Below are positions 57,090 to 64,000 of a DNA stretch of 64,000 bases, piece after piece (within the stretch, counting starts at the first letter, position 1; each line of letters begins with the position of its first letter). The DNA lies in assembly GCA_017648065.1 (NCBI GenBank), contig JAGCJJ010000039.1, positions 10,126 through 74,125 of the forward strand, read 5' to 3'. The notes below the pieces were generated by a model, which was not told the origin of the DNA, did not search any database, and saw nothing but the letters and a program-made list of their open reading frames with translations. The DNA is from Kiritimatiellia bacterium (GTDB lineage: Bacteria; Verrucomicrobiota; Kiritimatiellia; RFP12; UBA3636). The position numbers and the translations under genes were made by a program.

Positions 57090-58172
57090 TTAATATTTTT
57101 CAGGAATTTGAACCAACTGACCATTTTGGTTTGCTGACATATTTGCATATATTCCTGGCAATGAGATTCTTAATCCCATATCAACATCAATTGGTGACTC
57201 TGTATCTTCAATAATACATTTGATAAAATCACGTATCATTATTGCATCAACACCACCATGACCATAAACATCATTTGTCTTTGATAATTTCACAGGAATT
57301 TCAATGAATTTTTCAAATGTGTCAGGTGTATCAGAAAGTTTTGCAAAAGAATGAGCTTCTTCAAGAGGCTTCGTTTTATCAGTAAGTATAGAACCGCGAG
57401 TACCATAGAGGGCAAAGTTATGATCATAACCCACATACATGCCAAAGCCTATAAATATGCGTATCACAGCACCTTTTGCTGTTCGAAAAATTGCAATACC
57501 ATTCTCATCTTTATCTGAATATGGATTATATTTTGAAACCTTTGGAGCCATACAAGAAACACTGACACAATAATCATCCATAATATACAAAAGAGGACCA
57601 AGATTATGGGTGAGATATGAAATTGCTGGATTATAACGACGCCAATGATTCTCAGGAGAATAAGGTTTTATTTCTTCATGCTTTGTGGCATGAAGATATT
57701 CGGATTCAGCATAGAGAATATCGCCAAATCTTCCTGCCTCATGCATTCTTTTCCATTCCTGAATAAACTCCCAATAAAAGCAATTTTCTGCAGCCATATA
57801 TTTTAATTCAGGATGTGCTTTTACTGCATCACGTAGGAGCTTTGCCTCTTCAAGAGTTTCTACTACAGGGATTTCACTTAGGACATGCTTACCTGCTTCA
57901 AGTGCCATTATAGCATGTTTAGTGTGCAATGGCTTATCTGTAGCAATATAAACAGCGTCAACATCACTCTTCAGAAGCTCTTCTATATTGTCAAAACAGA
58001 GAAAATCTTTAACTCCGTTCTTCTCATAATCTTCTTTACAAAGTCTAAGTGTTTCTGGGTCACTGTCTGCTACTGCACGAATAACAACATTATCATCGCC
58101 TATCAAGGTCCATGCAACATATGCACCTCTTTTTAGACCAACTACACCAAGCTTTACAATTTTCTTTTCCAT
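57090..58172 (-). CDS. Gfo/Idh/MocA-family NAD(P)-dependent oxidoreductase
   Basis: The ORF-tool start at 58205 lacks an SD. ATG at 58172 is preceded by GAGGA and starts the Rossmann motif (MEKKIVKLGVVGLKRG). The typical GFM C-terminal alpha/beta domain is present. Confidence 0.8.
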   Translation of the reverse strand: MEKKIVKLGVVGLKRGAYVAWTLIGDDNVVIRAVADSDPETLRLCKEDYEKNGVKDFLCFDNIEELLKSDVDAVYIATDKPLHTKHAIMALEAGKHVLSEIPVVETLEEAKLLRDAVKAHPELKYMAAENCFYWEFIQEWKRMHEAGRFGDILYAESEYLHATKHEEIKPYSPENHWRRYNPAISYLTHNLGPLLYIMDDYCVSVSCMAPKVSKYNPYSDKDENGIAIFRTAKGAVIRIFIGFGMYVGYDHNFALYGTRGSILTDKTKPLEEAHSFAKLSDTPDTFEKFIEIPVKLSKTNDVYGHGGVDAIMIRDFIKCIIEDTESPIDVDMGLRISLPGIYANMSANQNGQLVQIPEKY

Positions 58173-58249
58173 AAAATCCTCTAGCTGTTTACCTACTATT
58201 AACATTTTACCAAAATCAATTATTCAAAGTAAATAGGGGAACAATAAAT

Positions 58250-58963
58250 TTATTTTTGTAAGACGCGAATTATTTGCTGTGCAACAGCATCTGATGGATC
58301 AATAATGGAAACATTTGAACCAACAATAGCTTGTATTGTCTTTTTTAGAAATGGATAGTGAGTACAACCAAGAACAAGGCAATCTGCACCTTTATTTAGC
58401 AGAGGTTGAACAACTTTTGAAACACATTCAAAAGCTTCCTCTGAGTTCTCTTTGCCCTGCTCTACTAATTCAACAAAGCCCTCACCTACTGCTTCTAATA
58501 CCTCTATTCCAGAGGAATACTTTGCACAAGTTTCACGGAAAAGACGCCCTTTAAATGTCGCATTTGTAGCTAACACACCAACAACACCAGATTTAGTTTG
58601 TGATGCAGCAGGCTTGATAGCTGGCTCCATGCCAACAAAAGAAATTTCTGGAAATTCTTTTCTAAGAATATCAATTGCAGCTGCTGTAGCTGTATTACAA
58701 GCAACAACAATCGTCGTGCATCCTTGCTCAATAAGCGATTTAGTATTTACTCTCGCACGTTCCTGAATTACATTGATTGGCTTATCGCCATAAGGACAAT
58801 ATGTCCAATCTGCAACATAAAAAATCTCTGCATCATCGCAAAGCTTTTGAAATGCATGTACAACAGACAAGCCATCAATACCAGAATCAAAGAACCCTAC
58901 TCTATGTACAAGTGAAGGGTTCTTATTTTTTGAAACTAACTCAATATTATTGATAGCTGTCAT
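58250..58963 (-). CDS. murI: Glutamate racemase
   Basis: Asp/Glu racemase motifs VGFFDSGIDGLSV and LGCTHYPF (the two catalytic Cys contexts). 237 aa. Confidence 0.85.
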   Translation of the reverse strand: MTAINNIELVSKNKNPSLVHRVGFFDSGIDGLSVVHAFQKLCDDAEIFYVADWTYCPYGDKPINVIQERARVNTKSLIEQGCTTIVVACNTATAAAIDILRKEFPEISFVGMEPAIKPAASQTKSGVVGVLATNATFKGRLFRETCAKYSSGIEVLEAVGEGFVELVEQGKENSEEAFECVSKVVQPLLNKGADCLVLGCTHYPFLKKTIQAIVGSNVSIIDPSDAVAQQIIRVLQK

Positions 58964-58990
58964 TTATAAAATCTATCAGAGTAATATAGT

Positions 58991-61900
58991 TTATTTTAGA
59001 CCAATTAGTGCTTGTGTTAATACGTTATACTCATCTCTGTCTCTGCCAACAAATGTATCTGCACTTGAAGACAAACGGCGCATAACTTCACGACATTCAT
59101 CGTAGCGTTGAGTTTTGAAGTAAACCTGAGCCAAGTGTAAATGTGGGCGCAAATCACCATCAAATAATTGAATAGAACGCTTTAGATAAATTTCAGCTTC
59201 GTCATATTCATGCTCAGCAAACTTGATACATCCATATGTATCCCACAAAACATAAAGATTCTTATCAAGTTCAATTCCTCGACGAATTAACGCAGTAGCT
59301 TCCTTCATTTTGCGAAGTAAGAATTTTGTATAAGCCAAATCGTTAAGAGCAACAAGAGACTCATTACTATCAACACTGTGCTGCAAATAATCCTCAGCTT
59401 CAACTAGCTCGCCTACATTCAATGCCAATGAACCAAGTGCATAATTTGCAAGCCAATTGTTCGAATCCAAATGCAAGATTTGTCTAGCATGATGACGAGC
59501 AGACTCCTTATCATTTAGAGAAATATCCATTCTTAGAATTTCTTCATAGATAGGTGTTTGATTGATATTTCTATTTATGTATTTTGCTGAACGGCTCTGC
59601 TTCAAAGCAACTAAGAAAGATGCTCTCGCACCTGCATAGTCATTGATTAGCTGCTTATAACCACCTTCTGCCATTGATGTAACAAATGAGTCTGAACCCT
59701 CGATATCCTTTAACTTATCAAGCTCTTTCTGAATGCCCTTGAGTGCTTCTGCACGCTTGTCAGCATTGTCAGGATTCTTCTCAAAGATTGTGTGATACAA
59801 TTGAATCTGAAGAAGTACTGCTTGGAAATTCTTAGGATCAATATCTATAAGCTCATTCAAAACAATGCGAGCAGCATCTAATTCATTTGAGAAAATTAGC
59901 ATTGTCGCAGTTAAATATAAAATAGTTGTGCGTGGAACACCAGCATTTTCTGCAGGCTTAAGATACTTCTTTGCCTTCTCGAAATCACCATTATTCATAT
60001 AAAGGAAAATCAAGCCTTGCAATGCAGATTGATCTGCTGGGTCAATGTTTAATACTGACAAATACAATTCCTCACTGGCATTTACATCATGCTTATCTGC
60101 ATAAATACGAGCCATCATATTCTTTAGAAGATTTGTATTTTCAACATCTGCATGATTTAACACACGTGCCAAGCTCTTAAGCGCCATGTTGTTTTGTCCA
60201 GACATAGCCCATGTCCAACCCAACTGTGTAAATACCTCTGGACGGCTAACATAGCCATACACACGAGAAATTGACCAAATAGCTGGAGATGTTGCATTAC
60301 GTCTTTGGAAGTCTGACAATGCAGCTGTTGCTTCTTGTCTATAGCTTTCAAATTTCTCATATTTCTGAATCAAGGCAGAAACATTAAGAAGAGCAGAAAT
60401 ATTATCTGGGTCAAACTTGTGAACACGATAATACAAATTAAATGCCTCGTCAATCTTACCTTGCTGTTCAAGAACGAACGCTAGATTATTTCCAATAAAG
60501 CTAACTTTTCTGCGAACAAAATCTGCCATAAAGTCAATTCGCTTCATGTCTTTTCTTGCAATCTCTTGGAATTTAGGTAACTCTGATTCCATTAATGAAA
60601 GCGTATCATTATACTCTTTCACCTCTTTATCAAGATTGTACTCCATCAATTTTTGAGGATCCATACCACAGAAAGTCAAACCTGCTGGATAAGAATCAAA
60701 GTCACCAAAGTTCCAAACATCAGGGAACAACATCAATGCAATATCATTGCTTGCATTTTCTTGATTTTGTATCCATTCTTGAAGCATTGGCATAATACCA
60801 ACATCAACAGTATTTCTTAAACGAATGTTATCAGGGAAACTTTTCTTAATTTCACGCTTCAACAACTCACGAACAATTCCATTGTAAGAATAAGACCAAT
60901 CGATAACATGTAGCTCTTTACCTAGTTCTTTTGCTCTAATGTTAATTGCATTATCAAAATAACCTTCAGTAACAATCCATTTACGCTCGCCTAATCCATT
61001 AATTAATTTATCAAGGAATGTATTAACAAAAGCAATTCTGCGATTATCTGCCTTTGAATAGTTACTAATAGCTGTAGAGAAACAAATAATCACAGCTAGT
61101 GCAATTGCAAAATAACGTACAAAAGCTCCAAAACTGAAATATGAAGGAATATACTTAAACAAGTAAATTGATAGCAAATAGATGTATGTAATTGAATAAC
61201 CTAATGTCATCGCTACCAATGTATAAGGAATGATGTAAGGATTTGCATGACCAAACATATTCCATGGAGAAATACGTGCATCAAAAACAACAATCAAAGT
61301 TGTAATAAAAATTGCTAGATTCAATGCATAAAAGCTCCAATCACTCTCACCATTTAATGAGCGACGGCCAGAAATCAAGGAAGCCACGAAAGGAGCAATT
61401 GTTGTTCCAAGAATAATCATCCAACCTACTTGAGGTAGATCGTTGAATACACCACGAATAAGTCCGTTTATTATCTCTTTTAGTACAACAAAATACTTTG
61501 TTTTATTTGTAATCTCTGCTACATCAGAAGCACAATATGCAGATGCTACATAAAATACAAAGCACAAACCAACAAATGTAAGTGCCACAGAAATTAATGC
61601 AGTTCTTAAATTAAATTTATCTGTAGCTAATAATACATAAAATGCATATAAAAACATTAAAGGAGCAAATGCAATAAAGCAAGATGCTTGTGTCATTCCT
61701 AATGCATGAATAATACAAAAAGCATACAAGAATGGAAGCTTTGTTGACATTCCAAAGCGCAAAAGACAAAATGCAGAAACAAGTAACCATAGTAGATAAA
61801 AACTATGGTAGTATGACATTGTTGCTGCCATCCAATATGGAGGAGCAAATGCAAGACACATTGCAGCAGTTGCACCTGCTAAAACTGAAGCATAATATTG

Positions 61901-62365
61901 AAGACGCTTAGTTGTATTTTCAACATTTATTTGGTTAGTTGGATTATCTGCCTTAAGAATTCCACCAATAGCATTACCATTTAGGAACAAACCCATAAGT
62001 GAGGATGTGACCAAATAAAGCATACCAATGGCAAGTGCAGAAATTATAGAGCAAACATTGTTAATAAATTCTAATGAGCCACCAACTCTAAAGAGTATAT
62101 CTAAAAAGCTTTGCCAAATATGATTTTTATAAGTGAATCTTGGAAAAGCACCAGAAATAACAGACAAATATTCAGATGATTCACCAGGTAAAGCAATTGG
62201 TGCAATAGTAATTCGATAACCAATAAAAGCAATTAATGTAAGTAGCAATGCGATTCCATACTGGATATGCATTGGATGCTCCAACAATGAAAATTGCATA
62301 TTATTCAAATCTATAATTGTCTTACGCTTTTTCGTAGCTTTATCTTTGTTCTTTAAATCACTCAT
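58991..62365 (-). CDS. Large polytopic membrane protein (DUF2723 / PMT-like glycosyltransferase-fold N-domain) fused to a C-terminal TPR array
   Basis: 1124 aa. The N-terminal ~450 aa has more than 10 hydrophobic helices. The C-terminal half carries numerous TPR-like repeats (e.g. YVQMGNIYLAEGN-type and AxxYxxxGxxxxA patterns). Confidence 0.7.
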   Translation of the reverse strand: MSDLKNKDKATKKRKTIIDLNNMQFSLLEHPMHIQYGIALLLTLIAFIGYRITIAPIALPGESSEYLSVISGAFPRFTYKNHIWQSFLDILFRVGGSLEFINNVCSIISALAIGMLYLVTSSLMGLFLNGNAIGGILKADNPTNQINVENTTKRLQYYASVLAGATAAMCLAFAPPYWMAATMSYYHSFYLLWLLVSAFCLLRFGMSTKLPFLYAFCIIHALGMTQASCFIAFAPLMFLYAFYVLLATDKFNLRTALISVALTFVGLCFVFYVASAYCASDVAEITNKTKYFVVLKEIINGLIRGVFNDLPQVGWMIILGTTIAPFVASLISGRRSLNGESDWSFYALNLAIFITTLIVVFDARISPWNMFGHANPYIIPYTLVAMTLGYSITYIYLLSIYLFKYIPSYFSFGAFVRYFAIALAVIICFSTAISNYSKADNRRIAFVNTFLDKLINGLGERKWIVTEGYFDNAINIRAKELGKELHVIDWSYSYNGIVRELLKREIKKSFPDNIRLRNTVDVGIMPMLQEWIQNQENASNDIALMLFPDVWNFGDFDSYPAGLTFCGMDPQKLMEYNLDKEVKEYNDTLSLMESELPKFQEIARKDMKRIDFMADFVRRKVSFIGNNLAFVLEQQGKIDEAFNLYYRVHKFDPDNISALLNVSALIQKYEKFESYRQEATAALSDFQRRNATSPAIWSISRVYGYVSRPEVFTQLGWTWAMSGQNNMALKSLARVLNHADVENTNLLKNMMARIYADKHDVNASEELYLSVLNIDPADQSALQGLIFLYMNNGDFEKAKKYLKPAENAGVPRTTILYLTATMLIFSNELDAARIVLNELIDIDPKNFQAVLLQIQLYHTIFEKNPDNADKRAEALKGIQKELDKLKDIEGSDSFVTSMAEGGYKQLINDYAGARASFLVALKQSRSAKYINRNINQTPIYEEILRMDISLNDKESARHHARQILHLDSNNWLANYALGSLALNVGELVEAEDYLQHSVDSNESLVALNDLAYTKFLLRKMKEATALIRRGIELDKNLYVLWDTYGCIKFAEHEYDEAEIYLKRSIQLFDGDLRPHLHLAQVYFKTQRYDECREVMRRLSSSADTFVGRDRDEYNVLTQALIGLK

Positions 62366-62602
62366 AATAAACCTTTTGAGATATTAAACATCAACATAAA
62401 CAATTTCTCAATAAATTGGTTAATATTATACAAAAAAAACGAGAATTATTCAAGCAAGTAAAAGTTTTGTTTTATAATTCTTAAAATTGCAATTGGATTT
62501 CTGAATTTACTATATCTTATTGATTACTAGGCTATTAAGTAAATATGATTCTTCTTTTGTTAGATAAGAGAAAGAATCAGCTTGGTTGATCATATTTTAA
62601 TT

Positions 62603-62636
62603 TATAAAAAAATTAATGCGTAATTGCAAAGCGCAT
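62603..62636 (-). terminator. Putative terminator downstream of the GH29-like gene
   Basis: On the minus strand: ATGCGC-tttgcaatta-CGCAT hairpin followed by TAATTTTTTTAT. Short stem, so weak support. Confidence 0.3.
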
Positions 62637-62720
62637 ATATAACGCAAGCAACTACGCATCCAATTCTTTTAACAAAAATGCAACAAATTTAAGCTATAAA
62701 TTTCTTACTAGGAACTAATA

Positions 62721-63659
62721 CTAACATCTTGGCTTAATAGCCTTTAATGCATCTACCTGCAATGGATCGTAAGAGCCATCACGATATACACCAATATCAA
62801 AGCTTACTACACCACCTGCAGCATGAACCTTCTCAACATAGTCAACAATGTGCTCCTTTGTTGCATTTAGTCCAAATGAACCCCATGAAGCACCAATACC
62901 AGTATCAACATTTCCTAATGGTGCAAGTATGTGAGTCTGTGCATTGCCGTAAAAGCGACCTTCTGGGATGTAAGTAAATGTATTTTGCTCTCCACAAGTA
63001 AAGTCCTCCTTGTAGAAGTTAGCTCCAAATTTGTGCACACCATCATTCAACGCAACCAATGTATTTGGATTACCCTTCTTACATGCGTTGTAATATAGCT
63101 CTAGGAGCTCATCATTATATTTTAGAAAATCTCTGTAGCAGCCATCAATCCACCAGCCTGAAATGCGGTCACCATAACGCACAGCATATTCCTCTAAAAC
63201 ACTTGCCCACTTCTCAACAAATGGTCGTGTAACTCCAACATTGCGTGGCTCAATAAATCCGAATTTTCTGCCTATTTCGTCGTGCTTATATGGACCATCA
63301 CCAGTAAAATATAAAAATAAATCTATATCATACTTGCGTAGCTCATTTGAAATATCCATAATTAAATCACGAGTTGAGCATGCCTCACCAGGCTTTGTTC
63401 CTGCGATTTCATCAAATGTCTTGTTTGGTGCAATCATATGTGCAGTACCCTGCATCACTGTGATGATATAATAACCAGCACCCATCTCATGAAGATTCTT
63501 TGCAAGTAGCTCTACATTGAAACCATGCACTAGCTCATCATAGCTAGTTGTAACACCCATACTATTCTTATATGCTAGATTGTTCTGAATGCCATTAAGA
63601 AAATGATTAAACACTCCCCATTTGCGACTATAAAATCTATCTTGATATTCTCTTATCAT
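62721..63659 (-). CDS. GH29-like (alpha-L-fucosidase-fold) putative glycoside hydrolase
   Basis: 312 aa, cytoplasmic. KWGVFNHF, GAGYYIITVMQG, DLFLYFT and GWWIDG parallel the GH29 beta-strand motifs (KFGIFIHWG / AGAKY / LWFDG). Shorter than typical GH29. Confidence 0.45.
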   Translation of the reverse strand: MIREYQDRFYSRKWGVFNHFLNGIQNNLAYKNSMGVTTSYDELVHGFNVELLAKNLHEMGAGYYIITVMQGTAHMIAPNKTFDEIAGTKPGEACSTRDLIMDISNELRKYDIDLFLYFTGDGPYKHDEIGRKFGFIEPRNVGVTRPFVEKWASVLEEYAVRYGDRISGWWIDGCYRDFLKYNDELLELYYNACKKGNPNTLVALNDGVHKFGANFYKEDFTCGEQNTFTYIPEGRFYGNAQTHILAPLGNVDTGIGASWGSFGLNATKEHIVDYVEKVHAAGGVVSFDIGVYRDGSYDPLQVDALKAIKPRC

Positions 63660-63688
63660 AATAATACTCCTATACTGATTTGAATTAT

Positions 63689-64000
63689 TTATTTGAAAAA
63701 TCTTCTTAAAATTGGCAATCTCTTTGCAAAACGACCAATCAATGACATTGCAAGCGTTTTATTTGTAACAATAAGTGCCAATAAATATACAATGCCACCA
63801 ACAACACTTGCTGAAGCTAATCGGATAAGGCTCTGGATTCTTTCACTATATCCAGCTATTGGCAAGCAGTAGGTTGTTACTAAATACATAGCTGCACACA
63901 TTGCCACAATTGGTATCAAAAGGCGAATAAATAATAAACCAAGTCCCCTGCTCTCCAAGCCACCATGGTGCTCTTTCTTTGCAAAATGCAGATAAATCAT
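63689..64000 (-). CDS. C-terminal part of a polytopic membrane protein (flippase / MOP-superfamily-like); the gene continues beyond the window end
   Basis: Open frame to the window edge. Two hydrophobic helices and a basic C-terminal tail (RFAKRLPILRRFFK). Partial. Confidence 0.35.
   Translation of the reverse strand: MIYLHFAKKEHHGGLESRGLGLLFIRLLIPIVAMCAAMYLVTTYCLPIAGYSERIQSLIRLASASVVGGIVYLLALIVTNKTLAMSLIGRFAKRLPILRRFFK

Overview
This is a gene-dense 64 kb chromosomal segment from a low-GC (about 35-45%) diderm bacterium that uses Shine-Dalgarno sites (AGGAG-type sites are visible before most genes), so it is not a Bacteroidetes-style SD-less genome. The gene content (type III glutamine synthetase GlnN, a BspA-like leucine-rich-repeat surface protein, a DUF2723+TPR giant membrane protein, several Na+-coupled transporters, and a KamA-family radical-SAM aminomutase) suggests an anaerobic, host- or gut-associated lifestyle, possibly spirochaete-like, but this is inference only. 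Most of the window is housekeeping: ribH-nusB, an ABC-F ATPase, glnN, leuCD, purF-pyrC, tpiA-secG, lysS, purM, ruvA, murG, scpAB, trpS, murI, and a polar amino-acid ABC transporter. The accessory content is more unusual. (1) A roughly 225-nt candidate structured small RNA has its own extended -10 promoter and a long-range closing helix followed by a U-tract; it sits in a 545-bp gap between the LRR gene and uxs and looks 6S-like. (2) A tandemly duplicated two-gene cassette (Na+:alanine symporter family transporter plus GH16 beta-glucanase) sits downstream of a six-hairpin glycosidase. The two GH16 copies share a near-identical ~96-bp patch (4 mismatches) suggesting gene conversion, and one copy has no signal peptide and is insulated by an intrinsic terminator. 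(3) An operon links an NSS (SNF) transporter, a KamA/EpmB-family aminomutase and an AT-rich ORFan. (4) A class II Fic AMPylase carries an in-frame 12-nt x3 tandem repeat. (5) An operon of a TolC-family lipoprotein, a secreted EEP nuclease/phosphatase, ArfB (ATGA-overlapped with the EEP gene) and a secreted C1 cysteine protease. (6) An orphan ParA next to leuCD. Many six-frame ORF calls begin at TTG/GTG and over-extend the N-terminus; I re-anchored starts to the first ATG with an SD where I could verify it. No tRNA, rRNA, CRISPR array, transposase or integrase is visible.
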